Origin: Candidatus Norongarragalinales archaeon
GTDB taxonomy: Archaea > Micrarchaeota > Micrarchaeia > Norongarragalinales > Norongarragalinaceae
Assembly: GCA_038884755.1 (NCBI GenBank)
Contig: JAWABJ010000001.1
Span: 480,001 to 544,000, forward strand
Direction: 5' to 3'
Length of the DNA stretch: 64,000 nucleotides
Every line of letters begins with the position of its first letter. Position 1 is the first letter of the stretch. The notes below the pieces were generated by a model, which saw only the letters and a program-made list of their open reading frames with translations, was not told where the DNA came from and ran no database searches. This document shows positions 56,201 to 64,000 of this stretch, piece after piece. A program made the position numbers and the translations under genes.

Positions 56201-58039
56201 ACAACGACGTTCTTGTACGACATTTACTACCACGGCGACCACTCCGACAAGTGCGCCCGGTGTTACTTCCAACCCGCGACCGCGAATTCGGTGAACGTAG
56301 CATGCGAAGGGCAGACTTCCTCAACTTCGTTTTTGGACTTGCAAAACTTGGGAAGCGTAATAGAAGCCTGGAAAGTGTACTTGTCCAGCGCTCTGCCCGA
56401 GCAGACGCCCGGCGGACCTCGGGCCCTTGCGGGCTACTACCACGGCGCAAGTTCGACTGCGCCATACTTAAACCCGGCGTACAGGGTTTGGAGCAGCGCG
56501 GGCTGGGGTTCGGAAACCAACGCGACTACCCTCGACGCTGGAAGCGACATAGAATGGCTCGTAAATAAATGCGACGTCGCCAACGCGAATTGCATCATGG
56601 CGACGCTTGACGACGAGGGGGAAGTGCAAGCGCAGGCGTATACTGCTGGAGCGTGGGGGAGCGTCGTTGACGTTGCCCCGAACATTGGAACCACGAACGA
56701 CCAGTCTCGCGGCTTTGACGTGGCGTTCGAGCAAACGCGCGGGTGGGGTTTGGTCATTGCAGGAAACAACTCGGCCCGCCCGTACTACCGCATCTGGTAC
56801 CCCGAAAACAATACTTGGACTGGAGTGGAGCAGTTTCCCAACAGCGCTTGCGGGGCAAGCGGAACGCCGATTTGGCTTGACGCGGTTTCCAAGCCGGGCT
56901 CGAACGAGATTCTGACAGCGTACAGGGACGATGCCGGGAGAGTGTGCGGCTACGTTTGGGACGGGAGCAGCTGGGGCAACAGCCGAAGCATAAACAACGG
57001 TTCTGCAGAAACGACGCAAAAAACGGTTTGCGCGGCTTACGAAGAGTCGAGCGGAAAGGGAATAGTGTTTTACGAAGAGCAATCGTCGGCCAACTTGAAC
57101 TACGCAAACTGGACCGGAAGCGCGTGGGAAGTGCCTGCAGCAATATGCAACCCCGCTTGCGTTGCCGGAAGCGAATTCGTTTGGTTCGCTTGCGCGTCAA
57201 TGCCTGGGACCAACCGCATAATGTGGGCTTCTCAAGAGCATAGCGTCGGCGCGGAAAAGGGAGATTTGCTGAAAACCCTTTCCTACTCCTCCGGAGAGCC
57301 GGTTTCGAAAACCGTTATCGACTGGAGCGAATACGTTTCTAAAATCAACTCAAGAATGAAAACTCCGAAGTTGAGCTACGTCACCGGCACGCTGGTCGCT
57401 CGCCAGTGGGACAGGGGCTTCGGCACTGAAGCCAATTTCCCGAGCACGATTGAAGACGATTTGAGCGACAGGCCCATGGTTGACGTTGCGTATATAGGCG
57501 GAAGCGGGCACGCAATGATGGTTTACGCTGCCGACACCAACTTCCCCAACTACAGGACTTGCACTAGTTCTGCGAATTGCCAAGCGGGCACGTGGGGAAG
57601 CGCGAGCGCAACGACGGCAAGCGCCTGCGCAACGGGCGCGCAAGTGGATTTGGTGCGGCTTTACGCTGATTCGGCGACCAACGACACCATGCTGTTGTAC
57701 TCTACGCAGCACGCGAACGAGCCGATTTGCGCGCAGTTGTACAACGGAACGACCGCGACGTGGGGAAGCGTCACCAACCTTGAAGACACCAACCGTTTTC
57801 TCGCGAACGCGAGGCCTTTCGACGTTTTCTTCTACAACGCCAGCGCAAGCGGCGGGTCGCTCGCCATGTTCATGAACGACAGCAGCGCCACGCACCTGAC
57901 GCTGAGCACGACGCAGCAAACTTGGAACGCAAGCGTAGAGCAGTACGAGCATTCTTACGCGTGGCTGTGGGCGAACTACACCAGCTACGACTCTTCAACC
58001 CACGAAAACTATTTGGTGAGCAACACTTCGACGAGCTGA
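53240..58039 (+). CDS. 1599-aa secreted multidomain protein, putative filament tip adhesin
   Basis: Signal peptide; two copies of the module in the 1820-aa protein; discontinuous segments resembling the 199-aa protein; no TM anchor. Confidence 0.82.
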   Translation: MKKTLLLAIAFFLLAQNAYAVINEYNADYANSGYLNVTGYNHTNGVNSATNFSDDIYFGLNDSNAHVYANKSPFLTVCGVDNADATIPFCRIFNYTGESVTNRTATDIGSSAAEWYVLKGNPFTNELFLCISDAADDLKCQNFNGSTWTSTFTMTTNDTTVDARSFDINFESKSGRAVIVYSVNVADTLAYRYWNQSSWSKEYWLTMTSAATLSWVRLVADPNSNNMTVVAQNSRTDGQIFTARWNGTSSTWSASQNVTAGTAAGSDSSAVGIQAFDAAYNNESAALIVYSNNATVGAVFAKMFWPNQTLDAQALVGYGGADQVKYVSAASMPGSSRIGYCWIDNGGGTTTDDLLCNEWEYSRNFTQAEPDSTIDDDTSTQGRQMDVVAIEEIGGWAVPYADNGVDMPTIARCLSKSDCQAGTWGTNTMFTGPSPAADMRHVRADTSVMNKSQAIVGWKNIDTTAPSETFWGMFYCHSGGCALKHDTDSIQPATASAALFATFDVAKDEYSNYTLETWFNSTPTTDVPAGATIESVNATVEFKSAFPGNFSTYIYNWSNSQWNFCQSQVVTANTELFLNCSVCSSGCLVTGDPVNFTDSVGNAPKVIRISLNETIHNLAINESNVSIDYVNFNVTYSNPQANAALRLAQFRLWESSSTTIGQGALTDLKCNTTSSFGANILITPGGISCNNTAPSKSYRAEIRVCNDGASGANQTTFDYINHRFLSTQYLGALTANDCGHGDNGSAWNGTLCNSYSESSLLTVQIANESAGDKHYLPSGDGSTRDDNTCEYYAYRFTTGAPDWVITDNSRINTTGASNGSNPAPTENANLNVTYSETAFSLYYPSTGCTSGKGSDGRLRARYYNETCVLSGSHGCDVQNATFQNFNDTTTKANVTITAASTDTLYYNFTGINGMQGNIYWTNNVTNGGQDTFLVHFWDWVDGRWEQVDSRTNVAPTTNLINLSSLSTNYLSGGFLNVSLNGTTEGVDTTTFLYDIYYHGDHSDKCARCYFQPATANSVNVACEGQTSSTSFLDLQNLGSVIEAWKVYLSSALPEQTPGGPRALAGYYHGASSTAPYLNPAYRVWSSAGWGSETNATTLDAGSDIEWLVNKCDVANANCIMATLDDEGEVQAQAYTAGAWGSVVDVAPNIGTTNDQSRGFDVAFEQTRGWGLVIAGNNSARPYYRIWYPENNTWTGVEQFPNSACGASGTPIWLDAVSKPGSNEILTAYRDDAGRVCGYVWDGSSWGNSRSINNGSAETTQKTVCAAYEESSGKGIVFYEEQSSANLNYANWTGSAWEVPAAICNPACVAGSEFVWFACASMPGTNRIMWASQEHSVGAEKGDLLKTLSYSSGEPVSKTVIDWSEYVSKINSRMKTPKLSYVTGTLVARQWDRGFGTEANFPSTIEDDLSDRPMVDVAYIGGSGHAMMVYAADTNFPNYRTCTSSANCQAGTWGSASATTASACATGAQVDLVRLYADSATNDTMLLYSTQHANEPICAQLYNGTTATWGSVTNLEDTNRFLANARPFDVFFYNASASGGSLAMFMNDSSATHLTLSTTQQTWNASVEQYEHSYAWLWANYTSYDSSTHENYLVSNTSTS

Positions 58040-58043
58040 GGAA

Positions 58044-58796
58044 ATGAATGCGAAACTCATTTTCCTGGCGTTGGGAGCGGTTGCGATAGCTGCTGGAGTG
58101 TTTTTGCTTACGCAAACGCCTGGCCAGGCGCCGGCGTCCTGCGACGCTTCGGCCCGTAACTCCCTTCCCCCGAATACGTTCGACAACCTTCCCGACTTCC
58201 CGCGGGATTTTTGCGAGAAGGTTGGCGATTTGAGAAGCAGGAAAATCACGCTGCAAGGGTTTTCTGAGCTGGGAGAAGCGTACTGGCGCCAGCCGGAATT
58301 GCAGCCTAATTTCGAAAGCTATGCAATCCAAGCCATGCTCAACCCGCCGGAAGGGCGTTGGGCGGCTAACGGCTACGGCTCTTACCCTGCCGACTTCGTG
58401 GTGGAATTGAAGCACGGACAGTCTTGGGAAGGAGTGTTTTTCTTCAAAAGCTCTTGGCTGGTCGAATCTTATCAGGGAATAGCGTTAAACCACATTATCC
58501 TTCACGCGAACGAAAGCGTTTTCAAAGGAAAGCAAAGCATTCGCGTAAGCTATTCGCCCGACGAGTTCCTGCTCGGGCCCGCTTACCCGGTGTTTGACGA
58601 AAACTGGGTTGAAAAAATAAGCTTGGGAATCAAATTGGATGAAGGCACGCCTCCCGGCGAGTATTTGGTTTTGCTGAACGTGAAAAGCCCGAAAAGAAAC
58701 GGCGAGTGGGCCGGCGCATATCCTCATTATTTCGACGCTTCGTCGTTCGGGTTGCAGAAGCCGTTCTTGAGAATAAGGCTGTTTGTAAAGAGTTAA
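58044..58796 (+). CDS. N-terminally anchored exported protein, paralog of 48328-49233
   Basis: LPDFPRDF, EAYWRQPE, GSYP, SWLVESYQG, PVFDENWVEKI, PPGEY. Confidence 0.8.
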   Translation: MNAKLIFLALGAVAIAAGVFLLTQTPGQAPASCDASARNSLPPNTFDNLPDFPRDFCEKVGDLRSRKITLQGFSELGEAYWRQPELQPNFESYAIQAMLNPPEGRWAANGYGSYPADFVVELKHGQSWEGVFFFKSSWLVESYQGIALNHIILHANESVFKGKQSIRVSYSPDEFLLGPAYPVFDENWVEKISLGIKLDEGTPPGEYLVLLNVKSPKRNGEWAGAYPHYFDASSFGLQKPFLRIRLFVKS

Positions 58797-58844
58797 AAAA
58801 CTCTGCTGCCGAAATAAGGTTTAGCAGACAGGGGTTGCGGAAAC

Positions 58845-59693
58845 ATGATTGAGACTTTTACCGACTTTGCCCAGTTCAAGAAAAAAGCGCAAGAGATAGG
58901 CGTGGGCGTGAACCTGGACGAGCTTCTGGCCGTCGATATAGTCTTCCTCGAATCTTACGAAGACTATTTGATAATAAGCGTGAAAGACTATTCCCAAGGC
59001 CCTTCCAACGGGCTTTCCAGCAACATTCTCATCCTCAGCGAAAAAAACGTGCTGTTGTATTCGGAAAAAACTTTCGGGGAAAAGGATTACAAGATGTTTC
59101 GCTTTACTTTGCAAAAGCAGTTCGGCGAATCGACCGTCTTAACCCTCCTGACGCTGAGGGACATTTTCAACAACTACCAGAACGCGTTCAAAACAATCGA
59201 CGAGAAGATAGACGCGTTGGAAATAGGTTACGATTTGGAAGAGGCGGAGTCGACCACTATAAGGCTGAGGAAAGTGGCGAACCGGATAGAAGACCTGGTG
59301 AACCTTTTGGTTAGCCTGGAGGAAAGAAAAATAAGGCAGGTGGACACGAGTCTCGTTGCGTACGACTACAGGCTTTTGCTCACGAAAGCAAGACACCTGC
59401 TCGACCGGTGCCGCAATCACTTGAACCAGCTTCGCGACATCCAGCGCGAGGCGGACATGCGGCAGACTCGCGAAACGAACAAGCGCATTGAAGATTTGAC
59501 GAACGTCATGAAAAAACTCACTTCCATAACGGTAATCCTCATGCTTCCCACGCTCGTGGCAAGCCACTACGGAATGAACTTCAGCAACATGCCCGAACTG
59601 CAGCTCACGTGGGCGTACCCCGCGGTGATAGGGGTTGAAATAGCGCTGGCCGTTCTAGCCGCGGTATACTTCAGAAAGAGAGGATGGATTTGA
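58845..59693 (+). CDS. CorA-family divalent cation transporter
   Basis: VMKKLT...LPTLVASHYGMNF..MPEL; two C-terminal TM helices. Confidence 0.92.
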   Translation: MIETFTDFAQFKKKAQEIGVGVNLDELLAVDIVFLESYEDYLIISVKDYSQGPSNGLSSNILILSEKNVLLYSEKTFGEKDYKMFRFTLQKQFGESTVLTLLTLRDIFNNYQNAFKTIDEKIDALEIGYDLEEAESTTIRLRKVANRIEDLVNLLVSLEERKIRQVDTSLVAYDYRLLLTKARHLLDRCRNHLNQLRDIQREADMRQTRETNKRIEDLTNVMKKLTSITVILMLPTLVASHYGMNFSNMPELQLTWAYPAVIGVEIALAVLAAVYFRKRGWI

Positions 59694-59695
59694 GG

Positions 59696-60109
59696 ATGGA
59701 CTGGCTTGCTTTCGCAGTCGCTAGCATGGTTTTCCTTTCCATATCCAACCTATTCGTGAAAATGATTGTCTCCAACCCTTCTTTCGAAAAGCTGGATTTC
59801 AACGCTTTCCTTCTCCCTGGAGTTTTGGTTGCATCAGGAGTTTTGCTTGCTCTTTATTTCTTCCTGCAAAACGCTAAGCCGCCTTTGGCTTACTACCCCA
59901 TTGCAATAGCGGTTTTCGCAACCCTCGGCGTGCTGGCGATGATTCTGGCTCTTAAAACGGGGAAAGTGGCGATTGTAACGGCGGTGCTGGGTTTGTCGAC
60001 CGTGCTCGTGGCAATCCTTTCAGTCGTTTTTCTGGGCGACAGGTTCAGCGGAAGGGAAATTGCGGCTATGGTTCTGGCAATCCTCAGCATTTTCATGCTG
60101 ATAGTTTAG
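59696..60109 (+). CDS. Single-domain EamA/DMT membrane protein
   Basis: About five TM segments; ALKTGKVAIV, FLGDRFS. Confidence 0.8.
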   Translation: MDWLAFAVASMVFLSISNLFVKMIVSNPSFEKLDFNAFLLPGVLVASGVLLALYFFLQNAKPPLAYYPIAIAVFATLGVLAMILALKTGKVAIVTAVLGLSTVLVAILSVVFLGDRFSGREIAAMVLAILSIFMLIV

Positions 60110-60468
60110 TAGGAAGCGCTCGCGCTTTCACCAAGCTGTGGAAAGCTTTTCTCTAGCTTCTTGCGCAACTCTTCAAAACGCTCCCTCAACTTTTTTTCCT
60201 GCTTGGCTAAAGCATTAAGCCTTACTTCCACGCTTTCCTTTTCTTCCTTCAACTCGCTTTCGAGAACGCTTTTTTCCTTTGGGATCATGATTCCACCCGC
60301 AAACCGGTACAGTTGCCCGCCAGTTGCTTTCCCTATTTCTTCCGACGCCTTGTCCAGCTCGCCCTGCTGCACCAAAAGCTGCTGTTTTTGCATCACGAGA
60401 AGCTGCATCTGCTGTTGTATCGACTGCAGTTCTATCAAGTCTTTCTTCTGGTCTTCATTCAATTCCAT
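60106..60468 (-). CDS. pfdB: Prefoldin beta subunit
   Basis: Gln-rich coiled coils around the YRFAGGIMI hairpin; follows pcc1. Confidence 0.9.
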   Translation of the reverse strand: MELNEDQKKDLIELQSIQQQMQLLVMQKQQLLVQQGELDKASEEIGKATGGQLYRFAGGIMIPKEKSVLESELKEEKESVEVRLNALAKQEKKLRERFEELRKKLEKSFPQLGESASASY

Positions 60469-60476
60469 AATTCGTT

Positions 60477-60716
60477 TCACCTTTTTTTCGGCACGAGAGA
60501 AATCGCGTCGAAAACAACTTTCAAGTCGCGCAAGAGTGAAGTCGTCCTCGCCCTCAACGCCGAGAAAGTCTTCGCATCTACACGCGCGGTCAGCGTCGCG
60601 CCTTTCGCAGAAAGCCTTACGCTCGCCTTGTCAGAAAACTCTTTGGTTTTTATTATTCCAACGGCTTTTTTAGCGTGCGCCGGGCTCGCGAAGATTATTT
60701 CGACTTCAGCCTTCAA
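60477..60716 (-). CDS. pcc1: KEOPS complex subunit Pcc1
   Basis: LTARVDAKTFSALRARTTSLLRDL; conserved Brix-pcc1-pfdB order. Confidence 0.85.
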   Translation of the reverse strand: MKAEVEIIFASPAHAKKAVGIIKTKEFSDKASVRLSAKGATLTARVDAKTFSALRARTTSLLRDLKVVFDAISLVPKKR

Positions 60717-61194
60717 CCTTTCCCGCCCTCTCTTTAAAACCGTTTATTTTTACGTAAAACACTGCGTTCCCGCGCTCGTCATTAAAACTAACGCCTTTCG
60801 AGCTTAAAACCATTTTCAGCCCTATGCCCTTGCCCCGGCCGCTTTCGAAACCCGACAGTTCGAGAATCTTTTCCCCCTGCGGGTCTTGCGCCTCCGCTTG
60901 CGCGACTGCGCCTACGCGTTCGTTTTCCCCCTTCAAAACCTGAAACCCGCCCAAAAGCACTTCGGGGTAAAGCCACCCTCCCTCGACGTCCAGGAAATTA
61001 AGCGAGTAGGGGCTGCCGTGCTTTTCGTAAACGAAAACCGCCCGCGAAAAGCCTTTTTCCTGCATGCGCGACGCTATCTCGACAACGCTGCGTTTTCCGC
61101 GGTTTTCGTACTCCCCGCCGAACAAGCGGGCGAGCCACTTCGCCAGAGTACGCGTCTGCTGCGTGGGCTTTCGGGATGTGGAAACGTACAACAT
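60706..61194 (-). CDS. Archaeal Brix-domain ribosome biogenesis protein
   Basis: STSRKPTQQTR, NRGKRS, EKHGSP. Confidence 0.88.
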   Translation of the reverse strand: MLYVSTSRKPTQQTRTLAKWLARLFGGEYENRGKRSVVEIASRMQEKGFSRAVFVYEKHGSPYSLNFLDVEGGWLYPEVLLGGFQVLKGENERVGAVAQAEAQDPQGEKILELSGFESGRGKGIGLKMVLSSKGVSFNDERGNAVFYVKINGFKERAGKVEG

Positions 61195-61211
61195 TTGGTG
61201 AATCAGCTCTT

Positions 61212-62087
61212 TCACTTTTTTCTAGGTTTTTTCTTTCTCAAGCCTAAAAAACATTCAAGGTCTTCCCTGACTTTCTTTATTTTAAGGTAGTTTTCAAGCC
61301 TTATGGTTTGAGTGCGGTATTTCACGAACTTTGGGAATTTCAGCAGCTCGGCTCCCGAAACAGGGTGTGTGGCAAACTCTTGCTTGTCAACCAAACCTTT
61401 CGTCTTCAGCCAGTCGTGCAAACGCCAGGCCGTAGTCCTAGGAATTATCGTTGGGTCGTCCAATTCTTCAAAAAAAACGTGGTTTGCATGCCCAAGGTGT
61501 GAAAGCCACTTTTCGAACGCGGGCTTGTCCAAGGGCATTTCACTTCCCTCAGGCCCAACGACAGTCTTAGGCACGTAATTGTGCACTTTCGAACCCGCTT
61601 GCACTAATACTGAAGGAAAGCCCTTGTCAAAATGCGCGTCGAGAGCCTGTTTGAAATTCAAGCCGAAAATCCGTTCGGCTTCGCCGCGGGTGTAAAAGTT
61701 TTCCTTCAAGAACTCTTCCAACTCCCTTCGCGCTTTTATTTTTTCTACTATGCTTTCGTGCACGAACTTGTTTTTCTTCGAGCGAACTATAGCAACTTTA
61801 GCGGCTTTTCTTTGAGACTCAGTCATGTCTCGCGCGGGATCTTGAAAGTCGGTTCCTGAACGCCTTTCAAACTCAGGATAAATTCCCTTTTCAAGCTGGC
61901 TTGAAAGCATTTTCATTCCACCTTGCAAGCCCGCCCTTTGGGCTGCTTCGCTTAGGGTAATCCATTCGTCGTCCGGTTTTTCACGAAGTTCGGCTCTTAT
62001 CTTTGCAGCCTTTTCTTCTGCAGGTGCTTTAGCCCGCGCGTGCAATACTGCGAACTTCCTGCCTAAACGCAAAGGAATTGAAAACAC
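61212..62087 (-). CDS. Hypothetical basic protein with helix-turn-helix-like motifs
   Basis: WITLSEAAQRAGL and FYTRGEAERIFGL; Lys-rich tail; start uncertain. Confidence 0.65.
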   Translation of the reverse strand: MFSIPLRLGRKFAVLHARAKAPAEEKAAKIRAELREKPDDEWITLSEAAQRAGLQGGMKMLSSQLEKGIYPEFERRSGTDFQDPARDMTESQRKAAKVAIVRSKKNKFVHESIVEKIKARRELEEFLKENFYTRGEAERIFGLNFKQALDAHFDKGFPSVLVQAGSKVHNYVPKTVVGPEGSEMPLDKPAFEKWLSHLGHANHVFFEELDDPTIIPRTTAWRLHDWLKTKGLVDKQEFATHPVSGAELLKFPKFVKYRTQTIRLENYLKIKKVREDLECFLGLRKKKPRKK

Positions 62088-62120
62088 TGCAAAAACACCG
62101 TACGATTGAATTTTTCAAAG

Positions 62121-62318
62121 CGCCGGAGGAGAGATTCGAACTCCCGAGTCCTTGCGGACACTGGTTACCTTTCCCTGCCTTGCCTTTCTTTTTGTAAAAA
62201 GAAAGGCGGAGGCACCGCGAAAGAAAAACACTAGGTTTCTTTTCGGTCGCCTGCATTTTCTTTGCCAAAGAAAAGGCGGGCTTCAAGACCAGCGCGATAA
62301 CCACTCTGCCACTCCGGC
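62121..62318 (-). tRNA. tRNA-Ser(TGA) with 115-nt intron (62167-62281) at position 37/38
   Basis: Acceptor GCCGGAG/CTCCGGC, discriminator G, anticodon stem CTGGT/ACCAG, TGA at 62285-62283, variable arm GTCC-GCAA-GGAC, GTTCGAATC. Confidence 0.92.
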
Positions 62319-62366
62319 TTTGCAACAAAATAATGCCAGAGGGAATTAATAGGCGTTTTCGAAAGC

Positions 62367-64000
62367 TCAAAACTCGCGCGAAGCGAAAATGCGCCCTACG
62401 AGAACCAGCCCGAACAAAACGGCTATTGACAGTCCGGCAAGCCCTAACGCTGAGTAGCCCCAAAGCAATGGCGGGATTTGCGCGGCGACCAGCAGCGAGC
62501 TTGCGACTATGAGCGCGGCAACGATGAGCGAAAGCGAAACTTTGTTTATCGTCCGGTCCAGCTCGGAGATAGGCTCGTGCAAGCCGTAGTGCTGGATGTT
62601 CAGGCTTAGGTTTCCCTGTTCAGCCCTTCCCAACACGCCGGAAAACTGTACGGGAATCTTGGAGGCTGCTTCGGCAATCTCGTTCAAGCTCGACCACGAT
62701 TTTTTCAGCACGGTCAAAGGCTTTTTCCGCTCTTCAACCAGCCCTTTCACGACGGGCTTCGCCACCTCGATGGTGTTGAACTGGGGGTAGAGCTTGCGTC
62801 CTATGCCTTCGAGCGTCACGAGCATGCGCATCAAAAGCATGCTCTTGGGATGCATGCGCACTTTGTACTCGCGCACGATGTCAGTCAAATCGCGTATGAC
62901 CTCATCCAAGTGCATTTGCGAAATGGGGACGTTGTAATATTGTTCTATGACTTCGCCCAAGTCTTCCCTGAACGCGGAAACGTCGGCGTCTTTGGGTAAC
63001 GCACCTACTCCCATGAAATAATCAACAAGTTTTTCAGTGTCTTTCTCGATGAGGGAAATGAAAAAGTCGGTGGTGGTCTCGCGCGTTTTCGAGTCGATGA
63101 AGCCCATCATGCCGAAATCGACTACGCCTATCCCGTCGTTTTTCATCACTATTATGTTGCCGTAGTGCGGGTCGGCTTGGAAAAACCCGTGCACCAAAAC
63201 CTGCTTTACGAGCGAGCGCGCTCCCGCCTCCACGATTTTTTTCCTCCTCTGCAGGGGGTAAGGCTGGATTTGCAGGAGCTTGACGCCCTCGATGTGCTCT
63301 TCAACCAAAACACGGCGGGTGCAGTATTCCGGGTAAACCAAGGGGGCGTAAACTTCACCGTCTCCCTCGAAATTCTTCCGGAATTTTATCGCGTTGCGCA
63401 TTTCGTGGAGGAAGTCAAGCTCGCGGCGCAGGTTTTTGGCGAAGTCCTGTACTATTTCGGTTGGGGTGTAAAAGCGGGATTCGGGAAAGTTGCTTTCCAG
63501 GAATCCGGCCAAGTCAAGCAGGACTTGCAAGTCGGACTCTATTTTCACGGTTATGTTGGGGCGCTGGACTTTGATTACCACGCGCTTGCCGTTGTGCAAC
63601 GTGGCTTTATGCACTTGGGCTATGCTTGCGGAAGCAAGAGGTTTTTCTTCAATGTGCTTGAAGATTTTCGAGTAATCGCCGTACTCTTCGCGCAGAACGC
63701 TTTTCACGGTTGCAAAAGAAACCGGATTTACCTCGTCCACGAGCTTTTCCAGCTCGCGAATGACGTCCGGAGGGAAAAAGTCGGTGCGAGTTGCAAGCAA
63801 CTGCCCCAGCTTTACGAAAGTAGGGCCCAAGTCTTCCAAAGCCCGTCTCAAGCGTATTCCAACAGGCGTTTTCTGCCTCGGGGGGAAAAAGCGAAGCGCC
63901 AATTCCCGCAACGGGCCTTTTTGTTGGGCTGAGGCGATGAACTCGTCAAAACCGTGGGAGGCGAAAACACCCGCGATTTCCCTTACTCTCCGAAAGTTCT
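62367..64000 (-). CDS. AarF/ABC1/UbiB-family atypical kinase (start lies beyond window end)
   Basis: LGPTFVKLGQ, ASASIAQVH, VIKVQRP, ELDF, FQADPHYGN, DFGMMG; frame stays open upstream of 63911. Confidence 0.95.
   Translation of the reverse strand, partial: NFRRVREIAGVFASHGFDEFIASAQQKGPLRELALRFFPPRQKTPVGIRLRRALEDLGPTFVKLGQLLATRTDFFPPDVIRELEKLVDEVNPVSFATVKSVLREEYGDYSKIFKHIEEKPLASASIAQVHKATLHNGKRVVIKVQRPNITVKIESDLQVLLDLAGFLESNFPESRFYTPTEIVQDFAKNLRRELDFLHEMRNAIKFRKNFEGDGEVYAPLVYPEYCTRRVLVEEHIEGVKLLQIQPYPLQRRKKIVEAGARSLVKQVLVHGFFQADPHYGNIIVMKNDGIGVVDFGMMGFIDSKTRETTTDFFISLIEKDTEKLVDYFMGVGALPKDADVSAFREDLGEVIEQYYNVPISQMHLDEVIRDLTDIVREYKVRMHPKSMLLMRMLVTLEGIGRKLYPQFNTIEVAKPVVKGLVEERKKPLTVLKKSWSSLNEIAEAASKIPVQFSGVLGRAEQGNLSLNIQHYGLHEPISELDRTINKVSLSLIVAALIVASSLLVAAQIPPLLWGYSALGLAGLSIAVLFGLVLVGRIFASREF

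Noticed and set aside
56420..57840. Diversity-generating retroelement TR/VR pair with 19460-20860
   Set aside because: Both copies are long coding modules, differences do not look adenine-specific, and no reverse transcriptase is in the window
62167..62281. Intron-encoded box C/D guide RNA
   Set aside because: No box C or box D motifs on the transcribed strand
1..64000. CRISPR array, rRNA, transposase, integrase or prophage
   Set aside because: No regularly spaced repeats, rRNA-like stretches or recognisable mobile-element proteins seen

Overview
Archaeal chromosomal window. Archaeal-type aRF1, Cdc6, SepF, Pcc1, prefoldin, 7S SRP RNA and BHB-intron tRNAs are present; the gene repertoire suggests a DPANN lineage such as Micrarchaeota (inference, not tested). 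Contents in order: 5' half of ftsZ, a small Zn-binding ORF, SRP RNA, a de novo purine cluster (purN-folD-purB-purA-purC-purE-purH-purF-purD) interrupted by two AT-rich frameshifted genes (rhomboid, HNH nuclease), tRNA-Ser(GCT), truD, a 1820-aa secreted protein, housekeeping genes, glycosyltransferases, an acdB-ldh-acdA fermentation operon, a surface-protein locus, and tRNA-Ser(TGA) with a 115-nt intron. The best candidate for an undescribed system is 47.6-58.8 kb, which reads like a non-type-IV, donor-strand-complemented filament. It has a small pilin-like subunit, a membrane anchor that begins with the same N-terminal strand, a giant tip protein with a split copy of the pilin domain, two paralogous partner proteins each placed directly after a pilin-domain gene, and a MinD ATPase. 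All calls are by-eye motif recognition; no searches were run.
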